From Balanoglossus misakiensis (Eukaryota > Animalia > Hemichordata), in contig CM082578.2 of the NCBI GenBank assembly GCA_040954595.2, positions 15,794,998 through 15,858,997 of the forward strand: a DNA stretch of 64,000 bases, given 5' to 3'. Below the pieces are notes generated by a model. That model made no database searches and was not told where the DNA came from. It was given only the letters and a program-made list of their open reading frames with translations. Below are positions 42,747 to 64,000 of this stretch, one piece after another. Within the stretch, counting starts at the first letter, position 1; the number at the start of each line of letters is the position of its first letter. A program made the position numbers and the translations under genes.

Positions 42747-45700
42747 ACCAGACAAATCAGGGAAGAAACTAGCACATGTTACCTACAAATAACAGTACCA
42801 ACATAACAACAATTGAAATCTCTTCAAATTTGTACATCAGAGTGCAAAGACTTCTGTTCATGAAAACTCTTCGTAATTTTTCAAATATGTATTCTGAATG
42901 TCAGAATATTCCATTCATGTAATTGGGCCCGTGAACTGATAGACTTCTTACATGCATATTACTGGTTTTGGTAACTCTTGGATCACGGCATCTATAGCGT
43001 AGAACTCGTACTTTGAATCAAAACAAAATGGTCGTGTTCGCAACAAGCAAGCTGGGTACTTTATGCGCGCGCAGACAAAGCATACAAAAATTATGACGTT
43101 TTACATTGCATTACATTTTCCAAATATTAATAATAAGAGGACATGTTCAGGCAAAAATTAAATGTTTTATTGACAAACAGGAAATGATCCCTTGTTGTCG
43201 TCACTTATTGATAATATCCGTCACGGGTATAGACCATTAAAGGTCATCATCACAAAGGCCATGAGGGTCACCTATACAATTCAGGAGTCGCAACGACCAC
43301 GATAACATCGCCCATTCTATTAAAAGTCGGGGAGTGAGGCTTCCAAGATCATGCTAAGGTCAAGGAACATGGCTGTTTTGTTTACACAGAGACGCGTAAA
43401 GAGTTTTGGGCGTGAAGATTTTCGACTGGGTTATCTGAAGGAAAGCTATAGGCAGATTCTATGACGTCACGTCAGTTGGCAAGAACACCTGACCTCTGGA
43501 TTATTATTACTATTTACAAAGCATATTCAATGTTTCCTTTCTTCTCGGAATCCGCATAATGCGATGATGTTGACTGAGTCTCGGACCAACTGCGCCAGGC
43601 AAGTCAGCGTCATCTCTTGAAGAAAGGCTCGAGAGTCAGACACAACAATCATCGTACATTGTACTGGAGAAAATATTATCTTTACAAGTAACTGTCTTAC
43701 ATTGTCGTTCTTCACATGTGGTGGCTATACAATCATATACGTGTATACATGATACAATATTTGACGTTCAATGGTGTAATTTATGGATGGACGAACGATG
43801 CCGCCTGTGTCAAACATGGTCAGAGTTCAACTGGGATGTTATGGCAAATGCATTCCTAAACATCGTTTACAGAATGCGGTCAGATAAGTTCAGATTCGTC
43901 TCGTTGAAACCATAAGTATGATGCGCAGATTGATTGACAGTGGGGCTTTTTATGTCATCACTTAAAATGACAAAAACAGACGTACAAGTATGGCAATTGA
44001 ACCTTTGGTTGAATACGTTTTAAGTGAGTAGTCTCTAACTCAATACGACAGGCCTAAGCCCAGACGGCTAGGCCTATATGATAAAAATATTTTCAAAAAT
44101 GTAAGACTATGTATCTTGCACGGTAGACAAAATTAGCTGCAAAATCTGCCGTATTTAAACTGACCATACACATTTTAAAACTTTATTTCGGCAGATATGT
44201 TGATCTAGACTGATATAACTAGGTAATCAGTAATTAATGACGATACGATGGACCGACAATTTAAATACGTCATCGCGCACCTGTTGGTATTGGTCCCAGA
44301 TCCAACGCCATAAAATATTGATCCGACGTAGGTCTAAGATGATATAAGGTCGCGATACTTGATAGACAAGGTAAATACCAACGACAAAGAAACTTGTATT
44401 GTATGTAAAATGTGCGACGTCGACAAGGCAAGTCGTGTAAACAAACCAGGTCGATGATAACTAAGTAAGAACCCAGACGAACAGTTTACACGTAATCTAC
44501 GTACTATACATGGCTTCGGGCCAACGGTTGGTCATGGCCGCACAAGAATATCCAAACACGATTCACGGTACCAATTGGTGACTTCAGCTGTCTGTCATAT
44601 GTCCATTTTTTTATTTTGAATATAGTCAGACGCGTGTGCTTCAACATGACCACGTACGGCCCCACGATAATAACTAGGCTTGCTGTACGACTGAGTGGTA
44701 TGTTAGGCCTTCACGGAGTCATGGCTGTATCGACATAGATAGATGCCCTTGCTGGTGTTCACGAAGCGAAGCGACAGTGCAGTGGACTTACCTTCAAAAT
44801 TTTCACCTTATCACGGGCATGGACAACATAGTCGAGTTGCAAAAAACACCAAGACCACCTGACAACGACAAAATTACGAAAGGTTTCAAATATTGACTAA
44901 AAACAATCCACCTAGCCTAAGTCTAATGAACGTCAGATCCCAAACAGAACACGACTTCGCTTGTATCTATTAGGCGCATGCGCATTTCCCCTAACCCGGT
45001 CATTACCACTGGTTAACCCGCAATGACCCCGACCCGACAAAAAAACTTGAGCATAAGCTTCTTTCCTTGCAAATCCAGATGTTAAGGCTGCCTCCCCCTC
45101 CTTAATTTACACAAGTGTACTTTCAATGTACTTTCAACGAAAAACAAAGATGAAAAGTACCCAAAACGAGGACTGCTTGTGATGTCGACAGCGTGAAGGG
45201 TTTCTGCATTGTTTGTGACACACGAGAAAGTAAAACGTTTGGTTGATACCCATGTACGATACTATTTTACTAGACTATAAATAGCACCGCATTTGGTGAA
45301 AAGGCATGAACCTCCGTGACTCCTTGATGATACTCTCAATGTCCGGGTAGAAAATTACCTAACAAAGTCACGTCTGTGAATATCTAATGATGTTTGTCGT
45401 CTCAGGCATAAAACATCAATTTACAACGTACATAATTTTCCCCAGATAACCCTTTAATGCCACTCCATTAAATATTATAGCTTTTATATGCCACATGCAC
45501 AAAAACACACAAGGAAAAACATTTATTCGTGACAGATTAGGCCAACATTTTCCAAATCAGCCGAATTTTCCCGCCATTTTGATTAGACTCAATACATTAT
45601 GATACAACAGAACACACTGTCTTAGTGAAGGACAATCAGTTCCATGCATTACAATGGATTACACAAAGCTGTGACTTTGAAGATTCCGTTGAATTATGCA

Positions 45701-47480
45701 TCGTGTCCGCCATCTTTTGCATATTTTACATGAAGGCAGCCATATTGGTTTCACGCACATTTTTTTTAATTTGAAAATCTTGTGAAAACTTGTGCACGCA
45801 GCAATAACAATACTTTATACCCACACCTCAGCAATTTTCCAGGGTCGGTTGCAAGCCACATGCAACAGTTTATCGTCGGCGGGGGCGGGCTCCTTCACAG
45901 ACTGTCCTCTCCAGCCGGATCAGGGTGGTAGCGTTTTGCTGGAATTTCTATAAGCAATACTGACATGGAATATATTTTCACTAAAAGCTAAAAGCTACAA
46001 AATAATATCATCATGGAGAGTGCAAAAGAAAGCTTCCGTATATCAAACAATTGCATTACTTTATTGTCATTTCCCCATACAATACGTAATCACGTGACTT
46101 TGAACAATCACTTATAACCTTGTAAACAATAGCACCTTTCCATTTTCTGTAAATATATAGATACATATTTATATTCAATATTAAATAATCATCGAACATG
46201 CACGCACTGTGTACCGAGAAACACCACGGTGTAGATATGACGCTGAGTAGCACAACGGCACACAGGATACTGTATCGATACTTCACTGAACTCCATAAAC
46301 TCCGACGAACTTTACTAGTAAGCGAAGACAGACTCGACAGGCGTCGGAAGAAAGTGAGGATTAAATCCTGCGACGGAGGTAGGTATAGGTATGAGCTGCC
46401 AGACTACACGGCACATACAACTATTGACGATGACATCGAATTCGCCAATACTGATGAGGATACGCGACTTGAGAATATGGAAGTAAGAATCTCGTGTACA
46501 AAACAAACATAACATTTTTGTCAGAGATTTTGCTGAACACGTAAGTATTTGACCAACAAAATGTGCATCTTTCAACAATTGTACAACACAGGTACTAAAA
46601 GTATTAGCTAACATTACCATGGAATTGAAAGTACGCCATGTCACACCAAGACAACGTTCTTTCGACCTATGTTTTACATTACAGTTGGTTTTTAATACAT
46701 AACTGGAAGACATCAAACATAAATACGTGTCGTTACATACACTCGATACTCAGACTGCGGGCATCACCACATTCGTTTATCATCGTTTATCTTGACGAGA
46801 CAAAACTCAAGGCACGTGACAGACGACAAATGAAAATGTTGCGATGTTACACGGCAGTACATCATTTGGTACATGATAAACTTCTTTTATTCTGTCCAGA
46901 CCCTTATTCTTCCGTGTGTGTTTGTGTTTTTGTCAATGCACATCACCTGTAGACAGTGTACCATGGCTTATGCACGTCAATTGGTGACCTGATACAACAG
47001 CACATGGACGCCGGACGCCATTTTGATATGTTCACATGCACTATCGAACAGGGAACGTGTTTGCCCTACATAAATGACCTTTCATTCGTCTGTTAAAAGT
47101 ATTATACGCACACCACACAGAGATGAGGTCCGAAACTTATTTTGATACGGCGACCTAACCAACCACTGCGCACGTATAGTATATAGTGCATGTATAACGT
47201 TAACCACCACTCGGACATAAGGCACGATTTTTATACAGTGATCAGAACACGTGACAAAGAGCAAAACATCTTTACAAACAAAACATAACAATTCACCTAA
47301 CATTAGGCAGGTATATCCTACACGATGTCACTGTATCTGTTCAGTAATATGTGATCTGTGGAAGAAGTGACACATTTTTCGGCACTTGACCCAGTCTGGA
47401 CTATGCAATCAGGAAACATGGATGCGAACTGTCATATAGGCATCTTTGTGACTGCTGCCTCAGCTCCATCAGGGCCATTA

Positions 47481-54305
<6,825 letters not shown>

Positions 54306-56505
54306 AAGCCTATAAGATAAAAGTAGATGAATGAGGAATTACGTAAGCAGTGACATGTCACCTGAGAAAAGTGGCTTCTATTACAGGTGGCGCTTCACGG
54401 GTCACAAAGATAGTTCCATTTGAGAAAAACTAGTAACCACAAAAAATAATTTATGACAAGGGAATCGACAGAAAAAAAACTTTAAAAAACGACGTCGTTA
54501 TTTTAAGTATTGGCAAAATATAGGACACGGGCCGCGAGGTTTGGCTTCAAGCTGCCATGACAACGCATGCACATGTAAGAACATGTCTTCTGCGCAGACG
54601 ACACCCATAATGCGCCTAATATAAAAGAAATGATGTCTGCAGGGCGTAAAATTGTCGTCTGTTAATATAATCCGCTCAGATTTCATCAAGGCGTCCAATA
54701 AACCTAGGAAGTATCGGAGAATTAAAATGCAACGTAAATTTCAATTTTCATTTCCACCTTCTTGGGTTTTGGAGCGGAATATCAAACTGAGCAGACGGCT
54801 TCAGAGAAAACATGGCGAGGTTTTGACTATGAATAGGCCGATCACATGTAATTTTGAAGAAAAAAAATTACGTTTCGTAATCAATTCAACTTATATGATT
54901 TATATCCTGGCGTGACCTTACATTCATATTTGATTTATGATTTACCGGGTTTTTCACTGAATCATGCATGAATTTAGTCTGCTGAATTATGTCGATCGAG
55001 ATTTAGACAAGAGCTGAAATGTTCATTGAAAAGCGGTCAAACAATCAAGACGTAGAATGAAGTGAAGATTATAGGAGAGCGAAGGAGCAATGTGTGTCTG
55101 CTACCCTTGACACCATTACCGCGTAAAGAGGACATTTATGAAAATTAAATGGGTTATAAAACCTTTAGACCTACCTCTCTATGAGATAAGGTGATCCGTT
55201 TCGGTAACCTATGAAAGGGAGGGCTGCGTCCTTTCAATGTAGCGTTTCTTAGCCTTCTTCCCTACGTCTTATCAATGTCTTGGGTACGTGGCGTGAGGTT
55301 CGCTTTATGTCTCCACAGAAATTGACTAAATGCCGACATAACCAGTTGGAGAGCAGGTTGGGGTCACACCGTGCACGAGTCTGTCTGTCATAGATCGCGG
55401 GATGACATTTCAGTGAACGAGACGATCAATGAATGGGACTGGGAAGAGATGGCTAGCAAAATATGGAGAGGCTACTAGAAATTGACACAAAATAACGCAG
55501 CGGTGGGGAGTACGCATGCGTCAGCCGCTGATGCGGAGAGTAAATGAGTCGTGGGTCATGGTTTCTCGATTACTTATAATATGCGAATGCTGACATACAG
55601 GTTATAGAGTGTCATAGGAACTTTGATAAGAAATCAATGTGACTAGCTATTGATTTACTGATAAGTCACCCATAAGTCAGAAAATTCGAATGTTACAAAT
55701 AAGTTTCACTTTATCACTTTCTAGAACATTCTCATCGAATGGGATAAAGTTATCTCCTACAATATAATGTCGTAGCATTTTTGTCCGTTATGAGAAATCA
55801 TGTTTCAAGTGATGGAACGTTTTTTCACAAAGTGTGTAAAAAGGATGTAATGTGCTGTGTTTGAGGACATGATATGTGTACAGCTTTGGTGCCAATCAAA
55901 CATTAGGCCTACGTGTATCACTACCACAAATTTCACAAAATTCTGCTGTTCAGTTTGAGATAGACACACAATACTTACAGATTTATTCGAATACGCGTAT
56001 TTCTCCCTGTCCATGCCATCCACGTACTCCTTCACGCCACTCAAAGATATATCGTGTCTATGTTCTTTCCAGGCCTAAAAGACAATATATAGTTTTGTTG
56101 TTTTATAAAGTATACTGTCGCGGTAGGATAAAATTGCAACGTGGAATTCATCTGCTATCAAACTGGCCTCCTAGAAAACAGCGATTTTGAACTCGTGTGG
56201 TACCGTGACTGGCTATGCTGTATGCATCTCAACTTTTCTCATAGGCTAAATTGGTAGTGGAAACTTAATTGGGTCAAACATGTCAAACGTAGCCCACAAC
56301 AACAAAAGGACGCATTTTTTGTCACATGATTGCCCTGAGAATCATTTCAGGGAATATGACATTTTAATTTCCCGTTTAACGTGTGACAATGGGACAGATC
56401 AAATCCCTATCGTCTACGGTCTACGACTATCGTTGTCCTGGTTGTCCTCAGGGTATTTTAGTAGTACGCCCTCTCTCACGGAAGCATATATTGTTGTTGG
56501 TCAAA

Positions 56506-59334
56506 ATGGCTGCGCCCATGAATGTTGGGCAAATCATAACTCTAGAACCAAACAAGAATCCTAGTACTGGTAAGCAGGCTAAAATCGTTCACATACTCTG
56601 CCTTGAAGTTGCTTTTGACTGTAGTAGTCACAGTCATTGTCATGAAAGTGGGGCCTTTTGTTGCACACACCGGCGATACCAAAATGGTTTCCAACCGAGG
56701 AAACCACAACAACTTGGCGTTCGTGATAACCGAAAGCAAAACACAAAGTGACATTATGCAAGATTTTTCCAAGTTTGACGTTTCGGTTTGAATTTACCTG
56801 AATGGACCTTTGGCATCGAATTCATTGGATTAGCCTGTTTTCTATGTGCAATCACATGGTGCATTGGTGGTGGTTTATGACTGCGCAGTCAGCTTTCCTG
56901 AAGTGGGGAGGGGGTCGAGGTGCACGTACGGTGTCAGATACTGATTTTATCCCCGCACATGCGCACACAAGCAAGCGCGTCTTCACTGGGACAAGTCAAA
57001 TGTCGACCCCCCCCCCCCAATAAAAACAAGCTCAGGGTAAATGCCAGCAGTGATGTGTAAATCATTTTGAACTTAACTGCCATGTAACCATATAATCATG
57101 TTTTATTCTGTTATGCTTCCAGATGAAATTGCTCCCCACGAACGAAGTGGTCACTGTTGTGTTGCAGACAATAATTTTGTCTACTCCATAGGTGGCATTT
57201 TTTATGACCCAATTGAAATCCTGATGATGGAAGAAATTGAAAACTATAACCCTGTCTTTAATGAGGTATTGAAACTCATATAGATGAACATAAATGACAT
57301 TTCATATGCTATTTGACTGGATACTGACTATGACCTGTCTCATCTCAGTAAACTGCAAAACAAGCATTCATCAACGATGACAGCATTGCTCCTGTAGTCT
57401 CCTCAACAAGCAAAAGTCTTCATAAGACTTTGTACATGATTTCTGATTTCAGATCTGGTGTTATAACATCTCCCTGAACGTTTGGAGTAAAGTTGCTATG
57501 AAAGGAGATAGTCCATATCTGACAGCATCAATGTCATGTGAGTAGTGTTGTTGAAAGTCGTGAAAAATGCTGATCTAACCAACTTTCACTTTTGAACAGC
57601 ATAGCAGGCCTCTTGACGATCCTTTACAAGTTTCATACAACATTCACTCTTTGGTCTGAGTTAGAGTGCACAAATTCAACAGAATGGTCAACAGTTCCAA
57701 AATGTGTCATTTAAATGTAAACTACTGCATTTTCCACTCCGCAGCAATTCTTTCTGGAAATATGATAATTACATTTGGAGGATCAGGATTTCCCTTTGGA
57801 GCTGAGAGTGACAATCGTGTGCACACTTTCAATGTGAAAACACAGATCTGGAAAACACTGCCATGTGTTGGAGAGAAACCACATGCAAAATATGGACAGG
57901 TATGACATCATAGCAATGTATCAGTATTCCTGTAGGTAGTTACTCACTGAGCATACCTATGAGCCTCCATTTTTACAGTGTTAAAATCTTAGCCTGATAT
58001 GTACTGACTTTTCCACTTTTAGGCAATGGCACTGGTGCATAACCATTATTTGTATGTTTACGGTGGCTGTCGACGGACTGGATACGGGGCCTTCCTCTTC
58101 GATTCTGATTTGCATCGTGTCAGCCTTCAGAGTCTGGTGTGGGAAAAAGTTCGGGATCCGAGTCGAGAACAACTGAAACAGAGTGCACACAAATCGCATG
58201 ACTCATTAAAAAAGAAGTTGTCATCTCTTGAAAGTGATGACGGTGTGAGAGATGAAGACATAGATCTTGACATTGATGATTCCAGTGATGAGGCGGATGA
58301 GCCAGAAGAAGGCATGTATCCATTGTCAACGGGGTCTTACAGACATCAGGTTGTTAATGATGAAGAAAGGTTATACATCGTAGGAGGCGGAACATTATGG
58401 AGAGTAGTTTTATCATTAGAAATAGTAAGTCAATATACTGATTCCAATTTACATGCTTTGATTTCAAATGCGTTGCATGTATGACATGGTAGTTTACATG
58501 AGTCTCTATCATGTACATTTGTACACATTGATACAGTTTTTGTTTCAAAATGACAGTTTCATAATTCCTTGCTTTCATATTTACCTCCGAAGATTCATGC
58601 TTTCAACTACACAACAAGTAGATGGGAAGCTCTACAGAGTCATAGCGATCCATATCATCAAGAAGGTTTCCCACCACCAAGAAAGTATCACACATGTGTT
58701 CAGAAAGATAATGGTATGTGTTCCAGTACGCAAGACTGCAACATTGTCTGCATTGTCTCCTATGTCCTGTTCATAAAGGCAAAACTGTTTCTGAAAATTC
58801 TTCTTGAGATGCACACTGCCTTGTACATTGTGTCTTTTCTTTTCTATTCAATTCAGACGTCTTCATTTCTGGCGGCCATGATGGCTATGTTGTGTTCGAT
58901 GATATTTGGAAGCTGACCTTACCAGATCTACAGTGGACGAAATTAGAAGTGTCACTTCCACAGACTCTGTTCTTCCATGCCGCAGCTATCACCCCAGTAA
59001 GTTTCACTTCTAATATCAAATTTGAATAAGGATAGCAAAGTAAATAATATCTCTGAGAATCGAACTTACGTAGTGGTACTCTTCTTTGTCGTTTCGTTAC
59101 TAGGGTGGATGTATGTACGTCTTTGGTGGTGTGTGTACCATTGAGAACAACTTGAGAACATCGGCCTTGCACAAAATATGGCTGTACATACCAAGTCTTC
59201 AAGAGATCTGCTGGCAGACAGTTCTACACTTCATACCCGACATACAGACATTGAGTCAAGAACATTTGCTGTCCCTGGGTATCCCAAGGATGTTCATTGA
59301 CAGACTGCACTGGGACAAAACAGCTTTTCAATAG
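56506..59334 (+). CDS. KLHDC10: Kelch domain-containing protein 10 (CRL2 substrate receptor); exons 56506-56569, 57123-57265, 57453-57537, 57745-57899, 58023-58424, 58593-58713, 58857-58996, 59104-59334
   Basis: Kelch blades 'RSGHCCVADNNFVYSIGG', 'FGGSGFPFGAESDN', 'KYGQAMALVHNHYLYVYGG', 'GFPPPRKYHTCVQ', 'FFHAAAITPGGCMYVFGG'. C-terminal BC-box/cullin-box 'IPSLQEICW...LGIPRMFIDRL' is typical of KLHDC10. Confidence 0.92.
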
Positions 59335-60665
59335 TCTTTGTGTTGGACCAGTTTGTCATTGTGCAATGCAGCACTTTTGATGGTGGCGACTGTTGTTACT
59401 GAAGCAGACAAACATGCAACAACAAGCATGGCTCAATTAACGTCCGAAAATGACATCAGAATCTGTGGGTTTGACAATGATTTGCTTTGTGAACAGACAA
59501 GAATGTTTACTTTATATCAATGCAGATTTTTATGGAGTACTTTTGAATTAATATCTAACAAGATTTTCAAAACATACTTAATGCAACTTCTAGCAATCAT
59601 CCAGCGATTTGTATTTTCAGTCTGATGGTAGAATTCATTGATCTATGGATCATAAGAAGCGCATCTACAAGACATGTGGGAGTAATATTGGAAAAAATAG
59701 CTTAGCAAGGTAGAAATATCTCTTTTGATAATACCAGCTATAAAAATCATCGGGTTTTATATGCAAGAGACAGATTTATATATTTCAGAAATCATGGCAA
59801 GTTACCATTATTGTTAAATTGTCTTTTCATATTTCATATCAATTTTGTGTATAGTTGAGGAACTGAGTAAACAAGACTTGGCATGCTTCAGCAGAATAAA
59901 TGACGATAATTTATGATAACGTGTAGAGACAAGTGAATATAGCATATTGTAGTCAGTAGAGACAGGTAACGTTAGCTGTTGACAGTCTATGGCAACAGGC
60001 ACTTATAGTTGATAGACTTCTCAACAGAATCGAAGAATAGTGTAAATATTCTATATGTATTTTGTCTGAAGAGACAAGAGGTACCATGTAATGCCTTCCT
60101 TTGTGTTGAACTTTGACCTTGGGGCCCAGTCATATACAGTTTTATTAGATTATAACCATTTTGGTGTGGCCTCAAAGAACTTTAAATTGTTTTAAACTGA
60201 ATATAATTATGGAATATACTCCAGCAACGACACCAGTTACTGTACAGACTTTTGCCGCTATAAATGCTACCATAGATACCACATTATTTTATTATACTTC
60301 ATTCCATTTGCTCAAAAGGCCATTGACTAATATTGAATATCTACAGAAATGAAATGAACAGTAAGTATAAATACAATAAGTCACAAATCTCTCCGATTTG
60401 TAGATTATGCTGAGAAATTTGAAAATAAATGTTTACAACTTGATATTATGCCCTTATTGCATAGTTTTATATTTGTAATCAAATGTATATTAATATTGCA
60501 GAAGTATTATGAACTATCCATGTCATACAATGACTTTGCTCCTCTCTATGTGGAATAAATAATAGAAATATTAAACCTCATCATATTGGCACATGTTATG
60601 AAATCAAATATTGTATAGGAAACATTATAGCAGTCCCTCCATCACCGTTGACGGAGGAACTGTGC

Positions 60666-63600
60666 TCAGACTGTGGTTTTCTTCGTCAAAGAGAAATGAA
60701 CCATCTTTTGGTTTTCGCTCACTCCGCCAACATGTACACTGAATGGACTATTGGGAAGGTGTTCACCATTGATTTCAACGTGGATCATGTGAAGGCCACG
60801 TGTACGTGGCGTAAATCCTACGTTGTAGTTACCTGGAATATGAAAATGAAAAAGAGACAGTGAAAAGGCATCTTCACTCTATCAATTTATAAGTCAACAT
60901 TTCACCTTATGTATTTTCGTATGTGTGTATGTTTTATTCATTCATTCATTCATTCACTCATCCAGTGGAAAACTGATGTCAACTTACCATCGAATTCCGT
61001 TATCAGACAATCATCCTCGGTTCCTGATGGTGACACAACTTTAGCAATGATGACGTCATTGCCGGGGTTCCACATATCTGTCGCAGGACTGTCATCACCA
61101 GGAGATCTGATGGACACTCTGAACGGACTGTTTGAAATATGCTCATTGTTGTACTTGATGTTTATGAGGTAATCACCTGAAAAGAACAGTAATGCATATG
61201 TGATATGTTGGATTTTGAAACACAGCCACCCATAGTTAAGTGTGACCCTAGCGGGGGAGGGAGTAATCACCTGGTTGCGTAGGCGTGTAAAACACCTGTC
61301 GACTGGTTTTGCTTTTGTCGTTCACCTCCATTTTGACCTTAGCTGGCCCATCGACACCGATGGTAACTTTGCCAGGACCTACATGGTTCGTCAAAATAGT
61401 GAAATTCGATTTTTCTCCGACTATGCCGCCGCCTTGTAAACCAGGACCAACGGCAAAAACACTGCCGCCGTCTTCCTTGCCTGCTGACGTCACTGGGAAC
61501 GCGAATGGACTTCCTGCCACGTTGAAAAGAAATCGGAGATTATTTAATGGATTTTTTTTTCACAACGTAGTTTGCATTTGTCATCATATATTATACAAAC
61601 AATAGTCCCATCAGTCATAGATTGGAAATGGTTGGTGTATGTCGTTAATTTGACCAAAAAAAATGACAAGTTGATCATTTCAATATGATGCCTTGGGGGC
61701 ACCAAAGCAAATTCACCGACCCCTCCTAGACTGAAAAAAATGGCCAGTCACTCATGACAGATTCTCCTGGAATGCCACCTGTTAGCTTAGCAATTATCCC
61801 AAGTCCTACTTACCCACAGGTGCCAGGCGATGATATCGAATGGTTTTTGTATACAGCTGATATAGTATACATGTGCTACAGAGACCGTTCGATATGAACA
61901 TTCACAGGCACATGTGTGTACTTACCCGACAAATCGACACCCTTATACGTAACAACGACCTGATGAACCCCTGGCATCGTTGGAATGAATCTGATGGTAT
62001 AATTAAAGCTGGGTCCACCAATAATCGAGGTATTAACCTTGTTACCCGTCGGGTCTATCACGTGAGCTTTTAAGTCCTTTTGCTCAGTGTCTGAAAAATT
62101 CACCAAAAACGAACTGTGACGTCACAATTTTCAAAAAACAAGCGAAATTTGAGAACAATTATCGAAACAATTGTGCATAACATTGGGATTGTTTACAGTT
62201 TTCTAATGGGACATGAACTACAAACTTTTGTTATAAATTCATCAATTCACGGCCTTACCAGGAATCCTCAGCTCCAATTCGCACACACGTTTCTTAGAAG
62301 CAACTACAGAAGTCACTTTTCTGCTTGCTAACACATCCGGACTTTCATCTTCGACGTTAACGATGAACGGACTACCTATAGCGATTAAACAGAGCCAATT
62401 GAAACTTCTGGTGGTAATAATCTCGCGACAGTCTTAAGTGTTACGTGGATCACGTATGTTATCTTACATGTATCTGAGAAAAGAGGGCAACATTGTAATG
62501 AGCGATGATCTCAGATGGCAATACGAACGGCCATATTCATATTTTGAAAACTCCGTGTCTAAGTACACGTACACTATGATAGCAGAAATGTATCTAACGG
62601 ACCTGGTACATGATGGTCTGAGTATTTCACGTTAAGGATGTATTGTCCGGGTATGTTAGGACGATACGACGCCATGCATAAACCGTGACGTGTTTCTTGC
62701 AAATTCACCGTGGTTTTGCTCGGTCCTTCTATGGTTACATCCAGTATCCCGAAACCTATAGTTGAAAGATACGTCATTTTAGAAGCGCATTATTGCGATG
62801 AAATAGTATTGTACACAAGATAGCACAGACTGTAGGATTATGTTGTAGCGAAGAACGGAATTCTGACTGTGTCTGGAACCTACGAAACTCACCAGCCTTT
62901 GTCGTGTCAACGAAGAATTGAACAATCTGACCGACAATTATTCCATCCGTAAACAATTCCGACACCCTGACTTTGCTGGCATTAGCCACTTCTCGCTCGG
63001 CGACACTTATCTTGAAGGGACTGTTTTTGACATGGTGACCATCCTTTTGTACATTGACTATGTGTTCACCCGATTCTTTGATTGCAAATATTATCCCTAC
63101 AAGGGAAAAATCAGAATGATAAAAAATCATAAACGGCTACGCATGATACAGCGATTCAGAAACAATCAAACAACTTTTGAACGATTTAAGGTTATTACAT
63201 AGAGTCGCACCACTGAAATTTTTAGATCAGTATAGACATACATACACCATGTATTTTTTCACTGCTGAAACAAAATTATATCCGTAGTTGTCATGGGAAT
63301 GGGTACGCACCTAAATTGCCATTTGACAGTCTTTTCAGTTTGCATCCCTCTATATTTCCTGATGGTTTCTCAATGGTTGCCGATAGTCGACTGATGTCAT
63401 CCTCACTGACTTGAAGAGGCAAACTCCTCATCTCATTTCTCGCTCTCTGGTCTGTCTCCTTGCCTAGAATAATAACCGGTATAATATAAGGGATTATGTA
63501 TTATGTGTGTAAAGTAGTTCTTGGAGAAACGCCATTGTTTACAGTCTCCACTAAACGCACTGCTATAAATTCCAAGAAACCGTAACACCTTATGGATGTG

Positions 63601-63873
63601 ATGAACCAGGTGGACTGCAAAAAGGGTTAACTGAAACCCCAAAGAGATCAGCGATCTGTTGTCTTGCTTATAGCCTGTTGTCTTGCTTTGGAGACTTACC
63701 AATGATATTGGCTTGGAACGGACTGCCAGGAACATGCTCGTCAGCAAAAGTGACGGTTACATTGTATTGGCCTGGTTCTGTTGGCAAATACGTAATGCTG
63801 CAGGTGCGGTCTTTGTTGTTATGGAATGTGATGGGAACCTTTGATGGGCCCACCACTGCAACTGATAGTGTTC
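60666..63873 (-). CDS. Filamin-like protein, 3' portion (Ig repeats equivalent to about FLNA 17-22; gene probably continues beyond the window); exons 63873-63700, 63463-63311, 63096-62893, 62755-62603, 62375-62259, 62090-61926, 61513-61271, 61176-60988, 60832-60666
   Basis: Repeated filamin signatures: 'GPSK...D.TCSITYLPTEPG.Y', 'HVPGSPF', 'GEHIVNVQKDGHHVKNSPF', 'GPGL.GG', 'AKVVSPSG..DC.ITE'. Stop TGA follows ...SLTKKTTV. Confidence 0.9.
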
Positions 63874-64000
63874 CTACAAAATGCGATAATCATCATATCG
63901 TTATAATAGATTAAAATATTGGTGATTCATTAAAAAATTCTTGACCTACTCCATTTTTTGCAAATGAACATTATAATATACTTTTTTTATCCTAGTCGAT

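Overview
Eukaryotic genomic DNA: AT-rich with short GT-AG introns and microsatellites, apparently a marine invertebrate animal (a hemichordate- or echinoderm-like deuterostome is a guess). No prokaryotic features, tRNA, rRNA or CRISPR array were seen. Conserved genes flank the window: RD3-family (-) head-to-head with BRK1/HSPC300 (+) on the left, and KLHDC10 (+) tail-to-tail with the 3' part of a filamin-like gene (-) on the right. Between them (about 5.9-54.3 kb) lies a tandem cluster of up to 8 single-pass membrane protein genes (A-H), assembled here by hand from exons. Seven carry 1-2 EGF modules and all mapped coding introns are phase 1. Five (C-G) share an ordered set of cytoplasmic motifs: VDGPPR, GL-x-x-[VI]-x-T-[AS]-P-x-x-L-Q, one or two PPxY, an SG[IL]-x-MR-like box, and in three a C-terminal class I PDZ ligand. 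I do not recognise this family. It looks like a locally expanded EGF-TM-PPxY receptor/adaptor array with tail-less, EGF-less, leader-less and tyrosine-rich variants. All splice models are manual predictions without transcript support.
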